Part shown: positions 8,524 to 17,515 of the stretch, in pieces
How positions within the stretch are numbered: position 1 is the stretch's first letter
Layout of the letters: each line of letters begins with the position of its first letter
Source of the DNA: an uncultured Gammaproteobacteria bacterium
Lineage (GTDB): Bacteria; Patescibacteriota; Microgenomatia; Daviesbacterales; UBA10151
Assembly (NCBI GenBank): GCA_964551605.1
Contig: CAZKCV010000001.1
Location: forward strand, 1 to 59,991
DNA length: 59,991 bases
Direction of reading: 5' to 3'
Notes under the pieces: model-generated
Seen by the model: the letters and a program-made list of their open reading frames with translations, nothing else
Told to the model about the DNA's origin: nothing
The model's database searches: none
Program-made: the position numbers and the translations under genes

Positions 8524-9561
8524 TTATTCCTCTCTTAAAGCTAAACCTACTGCAACTGAGTAAGAAGGAGCATCCTGGGCCAACTTTGAGACGGCTTCCT
8601 TGGGCCGGGTAATGGAGTACCAAGGATCAGCTTCCTGGACTTCGAGCCCGAGCAGGTTAGCCAGGTAAATAACTAAACCGGGCATTTTCGCTCCGCCCCC
8701 GGATAAAACCACCCGCTTGATAGGATTTCCGGGGTACTTTATTTCAAAAGCCTGAATGACACGTCTGGCTTCACCGGCAATGATATCCACAATTGGCCTT
8801 AGGGCCTCAAATACTTTACCTTCCAGCTGATCCTGCAGTAGGCCGTAAATCCTCTTATATTGCTCCGCTTGATTGACTTCAAAATTAAAATGCTGAACCA
8901 ATGACCTGGTTAAAGCCATGCCGCCGGTAGAAATTGATCTGGTTAACCAGATCAATCCCTTGGAAATAGTTGCAAAATCCGTGGTGGTAGCACCAAGCTG
9001 AATAATTAAAGTGTTGGGAGAAAAAGAATTATTACCGACTAAAGACCTGGTCACGGCGATTGTCTCTGTTTCTAAAACTTTCGGACGGAGCCCTGCCATG
9101 TCCAAAACTTTGATATATTTTGAAACTACATTCTTAGGAGAAGCAATCACCAAAACAACTGTTCTGGCATTTTTATCTTTGCCTTCAGACCTGACCAAGA
9201 CTTGCCAATTTAAGTTAACATCTGAGAGCGACATCGGAATGAATTCTTCCGCCGCATAACGGATCGCAGAAGCCAGTTCGGCATCAGACAAATAGGGCAA
9301 ATCATCAATAACCCTGGTAAAAACCCGGGATTCAGGCAATGCCACATTAACCTCTCTGTGATCTATCTTAGCTGCGGCAAAAAGCTGCTTAATGCTGTTT
9401 GCCAGCGCTTCCAGGTCTACATCAGTATCAGAAACAATGCCCGGTTGGGGAGAAGCAACACTACCCAGGGATCCTAGTTTATATTGTTCTTTCTCCCGCG
9501 ACAGGGAGACAATTTTTATGGAAGAAAAGCCGATATCAAGACCAACGGACAGTTTGGACAT
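8524..9561 (-). CDS. pilM: Type IV pilus assembly protein PilM (actin-like)
   Basis: GLDIGFSSIK, ALPES.VF, LETE..A, LSGGGAKMPGL, AVGLALR. Confidence 0.95.
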   Translation of the reverse strand: MSKLSVGLDIGFSSIKIVSLSREKEQYKLGSLGSVASPQPGIVSDTDVDLEALANSIKQLFAAAKIDHREVNVALPESRVFTRVIDDLPYLSDAELASAIRYAAEEFIPMSLSDVNLNWQVLVRSEGKDKNARTVVLVIASPKNVVSKYIKVLDMAGLRPKVLETETIAVTRSLVGNNSFSPNTLIIQLGATTTDFATISKGLIWLTRSISTGGMALTRSLVQHFNFEVNQAEQYKRIYGLLQDQLEGKVFEALRPIVDIIAGEARRVIQAFEIKYPGNPIKRVVLSGGGAKMPGLVIYLANLLGLEVQEADPWYSITRPKEAVSKLAQDAPSYSVAVGLALREE

Positions 9562-9569
9562 TGTTCTTA

Positions 9570-9601
9570 TTGTAAATTGTAAATTGTAAATTGTAAATTG
9601 T
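9570..9601. repeat. Heptamer tandem repeat (TTGTAAA)x4
   Basis: Perfect repeats filling the gap between pilM and the upstream pilin-like gene. Confidence 0.85.
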
Positions 9602-11397
9602 TACTTTACTTGGTATGTTCCCTTAACCAGCGAATACGACCCTGAAGGTCCGGCAGTAAACATAGTGCTGCTTAAGCCGGTTTCATAATCTATAGTGGAA
9701 TTATTAATTAACTTAATCTTCCAGGCAGTCAACTCCTTAAAAGAATTTCCTGTCCCAGGTTCAATAATACCGGTACTGGCATAATAAACTCCGGTATTGC
9801 CGTTGCTATTTACCTGGACGGCTGACTCACCGTTAGTCCGTGAATCAAAGGCGGTCAGCACCATCAGCAAACTACTGTCCATACCTGTACCATTTAGATG
9901 GTTATTGCTGTTTAAGGTCACCTTCCCGTCAACAATGATAACTCCGGAAGCGGCTCCATAACCTGAATCAAGGGTTAAAACATTATTACTGTTTAGTGTT
10001 AAGTTCCCGGTTATCCAAAGGGGGCTTTTAATATTGACCCGGCAGCCGCTGTTTAAGGTAACATTACCGACAACCTTCCTGGAATCAATATTGCTGACAC
10101 AACTGGTGATGCTGCCGGTCTCGCCGTTTGCTGCGGCAATCTGCTTCCAGTTGGCTACATTGGCATCGGAAATCGGGAAAACCTTGGGCGGCGGATCGGC
10201 TGAACCGGGAAAAGAAGTCCCGCCCACCGCAGAATTGATGATGGCTTGATAATAGGCATCCCGGCCAATAGTGAGATTTTCAATCGTATTAGCCCGCACC
10301 TCTCCGCTGACAGTCATTTTATTGCTGCCGGCTTTGACTGAAGTAGGTGATCCGCCGAAAAATGACTTAAAGCTTAAATCTACCTGAGGATTAGGAATAT
10401 TCCATTCGGGATTTCCGGTTGACCAATTAGGTGACCACCCGGGTGCCCCTCCGGTATAACTTTGCGCCAAATCAGACTGCCAGATCCAATAATTGTTATT
10501 ATCCTGGGCAGTATCAATCATTAACCAATACTTATCATCTGCCCCTATTTGCGGGGAAGAATTAAAGGTGATATCAATCCAGCCATAGACATCAGTTACC
10601 AGGCTGCTATAAAGTGTACCTTGTGCCAAAACTTCGTTTTTATCAGGTTCTCCGTCCTTATCTTCCATTATCCTGACCATAGCATCAGGCGGATTACCGG
10701 CCTTTTTTACCTTAACTGAAACTTTATTTAAGATGCCATCGGCAGCCGGTTGAAAACTTTGGGCCGCATCAAACCTATCCTCGCCGTTGACTGTTTTACC
10801 GAAGATAAAATCCTGACAGTTGCTATCCGAACAGTCGGTTTGTTGATCAGCAGAAGGAGCCGGCCCGCCGGCCACCCAGACATCCCCGGTAATTTGGTTC
10901 CCGTTTCCGGCGGTAATATTACCGTTTGAATAAACAGAACCTTCCACAATATTACTGTTACCAAGCTCTAAACCACCTTCTCCCACCTGCAAACCATAGA
11001 CGAAGGCCACACCCGTACCAATAGATGATTTTATTTTGACGGTTCTTTTAACTCTGGCTTTTTGCTTATTCGGAATATAACCTGTTGATTGGATCAGCTT
11101 GGAACCCACACCTAACGAAGTAATTGCGACTGAATACGAACCGTCTCCGAAATCAGTTTCCGGCTCACCGGTATAACTCCCGCCGGTACTATTTAAGGAG
11201 TTTAAGGCTTTATCAATCCCAGCTTCAGCCAAAACTGTTGCTTTTTCGACATCAGCAGCATAGGCGGCATTTTGAAAATAGATTTGCGCCCCGGCGATTA
11301 AGGACAAAACTGTGAATAAAACTACTGCCAATACTATCAATACTATTGCCAGAATCTGTCCAGATTGGTTATGAGTTATACGAACTATTTTAGTCAT
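9601..11397 (-). CDS. Large PilX-like minor pilin / putative tip adhesin (598 aa)
   Basis: SG|QIL hydrophobic pilin-like N-terminus, LAEAGI motif, beta-rich central domain, G/N-rich beta-helix-like C-terminus. Confidence 0.75.
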   Translation of the reverse strand: MTKIVRITHNQSGQILAIVLIVLAVVLFTVLSLIAGAQIYFQNAAYAADVEKATVLAEAGIDKALNSLNSTGGSYTGEPETDFGDGSYSVAITSLGVGSKLIQSTGYIPNKQKARVKRTVKIKSSIGTGVAFVYGLQVGEGGLELGNSNIVEGSVYSNGNITAGNGNQITGDVWVAGGPAPSADQQTDCSDSNCQDFIFGKTVNGEDRFDAAQSFQPAADGILNKVSVKVKKAGNPPDAMVRIMEDKDGEPDKNEVLAQGTLYSSLVTDVYGWIDITFNSSPQIGADDKYWLMIDTAQDNNNYWIWQSDLAQSYTGGAPGWSPNWSTGNPEWNIPNPQVDLSFKSFFGGSPTSVKAGSNKMTVSGEVRANTIENLTIGRDAYYQAIINSAVGGTSFPGSADPPPKVFPISDANVANWKQIAAANGETGSITSCVSNIDSRKVVGNVTLNSGCRVNIKSPLWITGNLTLNSNNVLTLDSGYGAASGVIIVDGKVTLNSNNHLNGTGMDSSLLMVLTAFDSRTNGESAVQVNSNGNTGVYYASTGIIEPGTGNSFKELTAWKIKLINNSTIDYETGLSSTMFTAGPSGSYSLVKGTYQVK

Positions 11398-12007
11398 TCC
11401 TTAGATTTGCCTCCGATGTAGCCGGACTGGTTTGGCTTAATTTTAAACTGATACGCACTTTGGCAGCATTAACCGGGGATACCTCAACCGGCGGGGAAGC
11501 AGAGTTAAAGTACTGGAAATGAAGGCCTGTTACCTCTGTTGCCAATATTGAATTACCCTGTTTTCTGGAACTTGAGGGATCGGGGAAAGTTTTGAAACGC
11601 AGGAAGCTTTGGTCTTTGAAAAAAATAAAATAATCAGAGGCTCCCTCCAGCATATCTCCGGCAGTATCAATGGCAGTTACTTTCAGAACCAACTGATTCT
11701 CACCGGTAGTATAGGTATCCGTACCGTCAGTGTAAGAACTGGCCACGGCATTGGCATCTTTAATGCTGAGGCGTACTTGCGACAGCGCCTCATTAATATT
11801 TAGACCTTTTTGTACCTTTGAAGACTGGTCGGTAAATACCCCGCTGCTTTGTACCACAACCATTAAAAGCAGCGTCCCGACTACCAAAGCAATCCCCATC
11901 GCCACCAAGACCTCCACTAAGGTTAAACCTTGCGAAGATGTCTTCCGTCTTCTGTCTTCCGTCTTCCGCTGCGGTAGTCGGTAGTCTGTAGTCGGTAGTC
12001 GATTCAC
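11390..12007 (-). CDS. Minor pilin (PilW-like) with repeat-encoded leader
   Basis: QG|LTLVEVLV class III signal; the leader is encoded by heptamer repeats. Confidence 0.8.
   Translation of the reverse strand: MNRLPTTDYRLPQRKTEDRRRKTSSQGLTLVEVLVAMGIALVVGTLLLMVVVQSSGVFTDQSSKVQKGLNINEALSQVRLSIKDANAVASSYTDGTDTYTTGENQLVLKVTAIDTAGDMLEGASDYFIFFKDQSFLRFKTFPDPSSSRKQGNSILATEVTGLHFQYFNSASPPVEVSPVNAAKVRISLKLSQTSPATSEANLRND
11938..12002. repeat. Two adjacent heptamer tracts within a pilin leader
   Basis: Minus strand: (ACTACCG/ACTACAG)x4 followed by (GAAGACG/GAAGACA)x4. Confidence 0.8.
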
Positions 12008-12402
12008 TGGTTTATCCCTCCTTCTCCGACCATTGTTTTTAAGGTGACAACCTGGGGTTTGTTGTTATCTTCCCAGCTAACCGTCACCAAAACCTGTTTA
12101 ACACTCTCTCCGTTTGTACAAATAGCCGGGTCGCAATCCAAAACTTCTATGGATCCACTCCCTTCCGGCAATAAACTTAAACGCGGATCACTAACAGGGG
12201 AGTTATCATTAACTAAATTATCAAAACTTAAGGCCCTTTTATCTTCCACCTGCTTAACCGCAATTTCCCGTGCCAGACTCATGTGCTTGCTTTTACTGAT
12301 CAGCATGACGGCATTAGGCAGGCTGGCGATCAGAAAGATAATTGACCCCAAAACCACCACTACCAACAGGGATTCAATAAGTGAGACTCCGCGCTCATTC
12401 AT
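12004..12402 (-). CDS. Minor pilin (PilV-like)
   Basis: RG|VSLIESLLVVV; C-terminal KQVLVTVSW motif. Confidence 0.8.
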   Translation of the reverse strand: MNERGVSLIESLLVVVVLGSIIFLIASLPNAVMLISKSKHMSLAREIAVKQVEDKRALSFDNLVNDNSPVSDPRLSLLPEGSGSIEVLDCDPAICTNGESVKQVLVTVSWEDNNKPQVVTLKTMVGEGGINQ

Positions 12403-13256
12403 TGTTTATTTATTTCATCAGCCGAGAAAATGGCATAATCAAAATAAGGGGGGACTACCTTGTCCAGCCTGAAGACCTGCACTTTCCGCTGGGTTTGACC
12501 TGAAACACCGGTGGCAGTAAATAACCTGGCCTGGGGGGGAAGGGAACTTCCCCCAAGCGGTTGGACCGCAAAGGGCTGTGAAACGCTGCTATATAAAATC
12601 CTGGCTCGGAGAAGCATTAATGGTAAAGTTAATCCTGTTAAAGTAGTTCTGCAATAGAAGGTTCTGTTGGTACCCATGCTAGTATCAATAGTTGGATTAG
12701 TACAACCGGAGGTACAAGGGGGACCGGAAGTACAGCCCACGGTCGCATTTTGAAATTTATTTGAGTTTACCCGGGTTGAATCTGAGTCTAAAAAATATTT
12801 TGTGGGTTGATATACGCCACCATTAAAAGAAATTACAGTTATTTCTAAAGCGGGCTTATCAGTAGTCGTGTTCGGCAAACCCCAATAAATATCTACGCTC
12901 GATTGATTATAAACTTGCGCTAAAGTCTCCGGATCAGCCAGCCAGACCTGGGCCAGGTCTTCTTTGGCCACCGGCAAGTACTCTAAAGCTTGCCTGGCGG
13001 CAGGCAACAGGTCCGCCCTGACATTATCTATGCTTGAATTATTACCTAAAGCAATAGGGGAAGTAATGGAGCTGCCGCTTTGAATGGCTTTCTCTATCCC
13101 GGCCTCAGCCGCCGAATAAGCCCGGGACGACTGCTCCATCCTGGTAGAAGTGGAAATATCAGACAAAGAACGCTGGATTACCGAGATGCCAATGCCGAGC
13201 GCTACCGTCATTACCAGAATTAATATCAATACTGTCTGTCCTTTTTGATCTTTCAT
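12399..13256 (-). CDS. PilX-like minor pilin
   Basis: KG|QTVLILIL (no Glu5), AYSAAEAGIEKA. Confidence 0.8.
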   Translation of the reverse strand: MKDQKGQTVLILILVMTVALGIGISVIQRSLSDISTSTRMEQSSRAYSAAEAGIEKAIQSGSSITSPIALGNNSSIDNVRADLLPAARQALEYLPVAKEDLAQVWLADPETLAQVYNQSSVDIYWGLPNTTTDKPALEITVISFNGGVYQPTKYFLDSDSTRVNSNKFQNATVGCTSGPPCTSGCTNPTIDTSMGTNRTFYCRTTLTGLTLPLMLLRARILYSSVSQPFAVQPLGGSSLPPQARLFTATGVSGQTQRKVQVFRLDKVVPPYFDYAIFSADEINKQ

Positions 13257-13263
13257 GCTTTCC

Positions 13264-13899
13264 TCATCTTAACTGAATGGTAGTCTGAAAAGCTACCGGG
13301 TCGATCTGGCTGGCTGAAGCTGCCGGAATTCCGACGGCCGGGGCTAATTCAAATTTAATTGTGATGTTATCTTTTGAACCCGCCTGTTTTGTAACGGTAA
13401 ACATGCTGCCGCTGCCGGTATTCCGGGCAGAAACCCCGGTTTGCGAATTAGTGTCAGTCAGAGTTTGGGGAGTCAGGGAATCACTACCCATCGGGTCTGT
13501 ACATAAACCGTTCACAAATACCACCGTATCATTTTTGGGAGGGGTGGCAGGTTGAACCGGAAAATCCTGTTGAATGCAGCCGTTTAAGCTATTGCAGGTA
13601 CCTTTTGCTGAATCTGCATTATTGGGCCGGAGTAATCTGAAGCGGGTATACCCGCCATTTTTAACAACCACCAAAGTATTGCCGTCATTACTCCGGCAAA
13701 CCACATTATCAGCACTTCTGACAGTTTTATCAAGATTATCCAAAACCGCCTGGCCGTTTTGCTTTATCACTGCCAGGATTTGTGATTTATTACTGCCTTT
13801 TAAGGTATTACTAAAAATAGCCACCATAATGGTGCCGACAATAGCCATGATGGCCATCACGACTAATATTTCTATCATGGTAAACCCATTGCTTTTCAT
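13264..13899 (-). CDS. Minor pilin (PilW-like)
   Basis: NG|FTMIEILVVMAI. Confidence 0.85.
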   Translation of the reverse strand: MKSNGFTMIEILVVMAIMAIVGTIMVAIFSNTLKGSNKSQILAVIKQNGQAVLDNLDKTVRSADNVVCRSNDGNTLVVVKNGGYTRFRLLRPNNADSAKGTCNSLNGCIQQDFPVQPATPPKNDTVVFVNGLCTDPMGSDSLTPQTLTDTNSQTGVSARNTGSGSMFTVTKQAGSKDNITIKFELAPAVGIPAASASQIDPVAFQTTIQLR

Positions 13900-14414
13900 A
13901 ATTTCCTTAATATGGTAGTTAATTCTGATTTGTGGCTGCCTGAAAAGTCAGTCCAGGTAACTATCGCCGTCACTCGTTTTTCTGTCTGATAACCGGCATC
14001 ATCTGACAAAATTACCGCTCTTTTAAACTGTCCGCTTGATTCCGCTGTTTGCGGCAAGCTGCTTGCGGCAGTCAAATACTGCAACTGCCCGGACGAATTA
14101 ACATTAAAATAACAATTAGGGGTACAATTTGAGCTGATCCTGTTTGCCCAAAGATCAGGATCATCCCAGGAAGTAATACTTTGACTTCCTAATTGAAAAT
14201 TGCCGGTAATGGCAATATTCCTGTCCCTGCCTGTCCTGACCCTTTCTATCCCTTCCTGGGCTAATTTAGTAGCCTGGGCAGAAGCTTTGGCAGCCCCGGC
14301 ATTTCTAAGGGAAAAAATAGTGGCAAAGGTTAAAGCGGAAACTACCAGAATTCCAACAGTTATTGCCACTAATACTTCAATCAGGCTTTGCCCGGCCTCA
14401 GTTTTGTTTTTCAT
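13896..14414 (-). CDS. Minor pilin (PilV-like)
   Basis: AGQSLIEVLVAI, ATKLAQEGIERVR, KRVTAIVTW. Start taken at MKNKTE (14414). Confidence 0.8.
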   Translation of the reverse strand: MKNKTEAGQSLIEVLVAITVGILVVSALTFATIFSLRNAGAAKASAQATKLAQEGIERVRTGRDRNIAITGNFQLGSQSITSWDDPDLWANRISSNCTPNCYFNVNSSGQLQYLTAASSLPQTAESSGQFKRAVILSDDAGYQTEKRVTAIVTWTDFSGSHKSELTTILRKL

Positions 14415-14910
14415 AAATCCGGCCTCCCTGTTCAATAATTAAAGCCTTATTACTGCCTTTATTATTCTTGATGGTGACGTTCACTGATGAACAACCGGTA
14501 TTTCCCAGATTCACTCTACTGTTCTGCGGACTGAAACTGATCGGGAAGGGAACAGACCCCGGGCAATTGGTGCCGGTTCCGCTGACCTGCTGTATCTCCA
14601 GGCCGGCATCCAGTGCTGCTGATTTTTTGGTGACAGCAGCAGCCCCCGGTTCAGTACATTTCAAGTTAATATTGGTAACACTGCTAAATTCCACTGTCCA
14701 GGTAGCGCCAAAACCGGTATTGCATTTTACATTAGCGGCGGCATTGGATTGGGCTGTCCGCAGAATGCTTTGGATATCCAGCAAGCCGTTTTTTAGCTTC
14801 TGGTCATCACCGAAAGACCTAAAATTAGCCAATGTAAAGGTCCCTACAATACTCATAATGGCGATAACCACCAGCAGTTCGATAAGGGTAAAACCACGTT
14901 GGGCAGACAT
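14398..14910 (-). CDS. FimT/GspH-like minor pilin
   Basis: RG|FTLIELLVVIAI; C-terminal LIIEQGGRI. Confidence 0.85.
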   Translation of the reverse strand: MSAQRGFTLIELLVVIAIMSIVGTFTLANFRSFGDDQKLKNGLLDIQSILRTAQSNAAANVKCNTGFGATWTVEFSSVTNINLKCTEPGAAAVTKKSAALDAGLEIQQVSGTGTNCPGSVPFPISFSPQNSRVNLGNTGCSSVNVTIKNNKGSNKALIIEQGGRIYEKQN

Positions 14911-14924
14911 AACTTAATTGTACA

Positions 14925-15356
14925 TTATGGAGAGGTAAGTGCAAAGTTGTATCTGTTACTGGGATAGGTACAACCTGTGGGCGGAGCCGGGACAGGAGAG
15001 GATGGTTTTTCCAAGCTGGCGTAAAGGCAGTATATTGTCCCGGCAGGCGTATAAACATAAGGAGGGTTACCCGTAACTGGGTCGAAAGGAACCTCTCTCA
15101 TATATGTTTTATTACCTGCAGCAATAGAACCACCGGATGAAACTTGCGCCGGGTAACTGAAATTATCAGCATAATATTGTTCCAAAGCGGATTGGATGGA
15201 TCTTAAATCAGACTGCCTTTTTGTATCCCGCCCCTGTTTCATAACCGAGGTAAAAACTACCAACCCTACTGCCGAGAGGATGGAAATAATACTTATAGTT
15301 ATAAGCAGCTCAACTAAAGTAAATCCTTTTACTGAAGATTTGGGTATTAGAACCAT
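14925..15356 (-). CDS. Type IV pilin (PilE/GspG-like)
   Basis: KG|FTLVELLITI, RDTKRQSDL..IQSALEQYY. True start taken at MVLIPK (15356), not the ORF-track start. Confidence 0.85.
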   Translation of the reverse strand: MVLIPKSSVKGFTLVELLITISIISILSAVGLVVFTSVMKQGRDTKRQSDLRSIQSALEQYYADNFSYPAQVSSGGSIAAGNKTYMREVPFDPVTGNPPYVYTPAGTIYCLYASLEKPSSPVPAPPTGCTYPSNRYNFALTSP

Positions 15357-15363
15357 TGAAGGA

Positions 15364-15795
15364 TTACTGCTGGTTTTTTCTGCAGTAGAAAGCCCCGTCT
15401 GCCGCTGCCGTGCCGCTTGCGTCAGAAGAATTGCCGCCTTTGCCATTTTCCAATTTAGCGCAAACTGTATATGTTGCTGCCGCAGATCCGGGCTTACCGG
15501 AGTAAACAAAAGTGTCGGCATTTTGAGGATCATCAGGAATTAAGCCTCCGGAAAACATAGTCGCCGCAAGTACCGGGTAAGGTAACGCTGAACCTGACGT
15601 ATAATTGGCCTCCAGGGCTTTAGCAATGGAATCAATATCAGCCTTCCTTCTGGAATCACGGGCGTTTTTCTGCAAACCGGTAAAGATAGTAATCCCAATC
15701 ACAGAAAGTACAGCGATAATTGATACTACAACCAGAAGTTCAACCAGAGTGAAACCTTTGGGGTTTCTAACAGATTTGGGCAGTAATTTTTTCAT
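15364..15795 (-). CDS. Type IV pilin (PilE/GspG-like)
   Basis: KG|FTLVELLVVV, ARDSRRKADI, YTVCAKLE. Confidence 0.85.
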   Translation of the reverse strand: MKKLLPKSVRNPKGFTLVELLVVVSIIAVLSVIGITIFTGLQKNARDSRRKADIDSIAKALEANYTSGSALPYPVLAATMFSGGLIPDDPQNADTFVYSGKPGSAAATYTVCAKLENGKGGNSSDASGTAAADGAFYCRKNQQ

Positions 15796-15956
15796 CTAAA
15801 TAAAGCTTTAATTTATTATTGTTATAAAAAGGGCACGCTGTCAAGCCCCAATACTTAGATACCAATTTACAATCCCCGGACCCCAAAAAACCATAATCAA
15901 TCAGGATTACAGGTTAGGATTACACCCCAAGGGTGCAATCGGGAATTATAGTTAAG

Positions 15957-16889
15957 TTAAGACCCGAACTGTAAATACCAGTTGATAATTTCAGTTCCCC
16001 AGAAAACCATAATCAGGCTGCCTAAAACCAAGAATGGACCAAAGGGAATGGTTTGTCCAAAATGCTTTTTCCCCAGCAGGATTAACGCCACGGAAAACAG
16101 CGCCCCGGTTATAAATGCTAAAACCAAAGCAAAAAGCGCCTGAGGAAAACCCAATACCAACCCGATAAATGCCCCCAGCTTAACATCTCCGCCACCCATG
16201 CCTTTACCTTTAGTAATAATGATCAGACTGTAAAAAAAGCCGCCAATCACTGCAGCCATCAGGATTCCGTATATCAGCGGTTCTGCCAGTTGCAAAGCAT
16301 GCCTTTGAAAATAGTCACTGCGGGGCGGCAGCAACAGTTGTCCCACTATATTCTGGGATAGGAAATAATAAAGATAACCTATTTTATAGGCAGTAACCAC
16401 AATTAAAGAAACCAGGCCTATTAAAATAGCCGGCTTGATAATCCGGTCAGGAATAAACATTTTCTTCAGGTCAGTTAAAAAGAGGCTTGCCAGAATAGTT
16501 ACAAAAAATATTTTAACCCCCAGATTTAGCAGAAAAATTGAAAATTGAAAACTTGTCCTGAGCGAGCGAAGCGAGTCGAAGGATTGAAAATTTCTAAATG
16601 CCTGCCAAAACAATAAACCTATCAGTATTCCCATTCCCACTTCAACCACTAAATATTCCTGCCCAATCTTTCTATGGCAATACCGGCATCTTCCGCGTAA
16701 CCGGATATATGAAGCAACAGGAAAAAGGTCGTACCATTTCAGTTCTTTTTTGCAAAACGGACAGTACGACCTTCCCCAAAATGATTTCTTACCTAAACTC
16801 CTGTCGGCCAGAGCCTTAACAAAACTTCCCAGTATTGATCCTGCTGCAAAACCAAGGACTAAAATTATGACTCCGACCGTAAAGTTAAT
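15957..16889 (-). CDS. pilD: Prepilin peptidase (A24) with no canonical start codon
   Basis: Frame stays open 80 codons upstream of the track start and contains GSF, RSYCPFC..CRYC; catalytic GMGGGDVKL and IPFGPFL present. No ATG/GTG/TTG lies in the extension; 16889 is an in-frame ATT. Confidence 0.85.
   Translation of the reverse strand: MNFTVGVIILVLGFAAGSILGSFVKALADRSLGKKSFWGRSYCPFCKKELKWYDLFPVASYIRLRGRCRYCHRKIGQEYLVVEVGMGILIGLLFWQAFRNFQSFDSLRSLRTSFQFSIFLLNLGVKIFFVTILASLFLTDLKKMFIPDRIIKPAILIGLVSLIVVTAYKIGYLYYFLSQNIVGQLLLPPRSDYFQRHALQLAEPLIYGILMAAVIGGFFYSLIIITKGKGMGGGDVKLGAFIGLVLGFPQALFALVLAFITGALFSVALILLGKKHFGQTIPFGPFLVLGSLIMVFWGTEIINWYLQFGS
16535..16592. repeat. In-frame insertion in pilD: CCTGAGCGAGCGAAGCGAGTCGAAGG element nested in an (AAATTGA)n tract
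   Basis: Encodes NFQSFDSLRSLRTSFQFSIF; the core is shared with yebC 54485-54509. Confidence 0.7.
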
Positions 16890-17448
16890 AGGTACAAGAA
16901 CCTCCGGAAGTTTTAATCAGTCCCAGACTGGATCCGACTTCATAAAGCGCAGGGTCGTCCCCTCCGTCATCTCCCGCCTTACCTGATTCCTTCTGAGATT
17001 CCAAAGCCGCATTAATTTCCCAATTATCACCATCAGAACAATAGGTGTAATGATTTGCAGAATTATTGGTTTGGTCAGTCGGCAGGGTTGGAAGTGATGC
17101 GATATCCTGGGCTGCTAAATTAACTTTTACCCAGCCTGTGCCGTCTGAAGCCCTGGTACCGGTATTACTTGAACCGCTACACGGAGCTGATACTCCGCTA
17201 CACAAAACTTCGGCTGCTGAACCGGTTGCTTCCTGAACAGCTATACTGATTGCTCCCTTTAGGCTCGCGAGATCGCTTAGCCTGGCCGCATCCCGGCCCC
17301 TTTTAGCAACTTCCATGGGGTTAAGTGTCAAAAAAAGTACTGTAGCCAGAATGGCAAGAATTGCGATAACAACCAAAAGTTCAACCAAAGTGAAGCCCTT
17401 GGTCAAAACTTGATCCCGATTAAATCGGGATTGAGCAGATTTTTTCAA
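16885..17448 (-). CDS. Probable major type IV pilin
   Basis: KG|FTLVELLVVIAI, RDAARLSDL, WEINAALES; TTG start at 17448 preceded by a GAGGGGGTGA Shine-Dalgarno. Confidence 0.85.
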   Translation of the reverse strand: MKKSAQSRFNRDQVLTKGFTLVELLVVIAILAILATVLFLTLNPMEVAKRGRDAARLSDLASLKGAISIAVQEATGSAAEVLCSGVSAPCSGSSNTGTRASDGTGWVKVNLAAQDIASLPTLPTDQTNNSANHYTYCSDGDNWEINAALESQKESGKAGDDGGDDPALYEVGSSLGLIKTSGGSCTY

Positions 17449-17471
17449 ATTTCTCACCCCCTCTACCATCC

Positions 17472-17502
17472 ATTGTAGACATAAAAGTTAAAGTGTAGTC
17501 AA
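17472..17502 (-). promoter_or_regulatory. Candidate internal promoter for the major pilin
   Basis: Minus-strand TTGACT-19 bp-TACAAT (spacing long). Confidence 0.4.
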
Positions 17503-17515
17503 GAGGTAGATTGGC

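Noticed and set aside
14925-15533. 202-aa ORF with a long N-terminal extension
   Set aside because: The extension overlaps the upstream pilin by 170 nt; the prepilin motif places the start at 15356
16740-16760. Suspected frameshift at the poly-A run in pilD
   Set aside because: The run is six bases and keeps the frame (CKKELKWYD)
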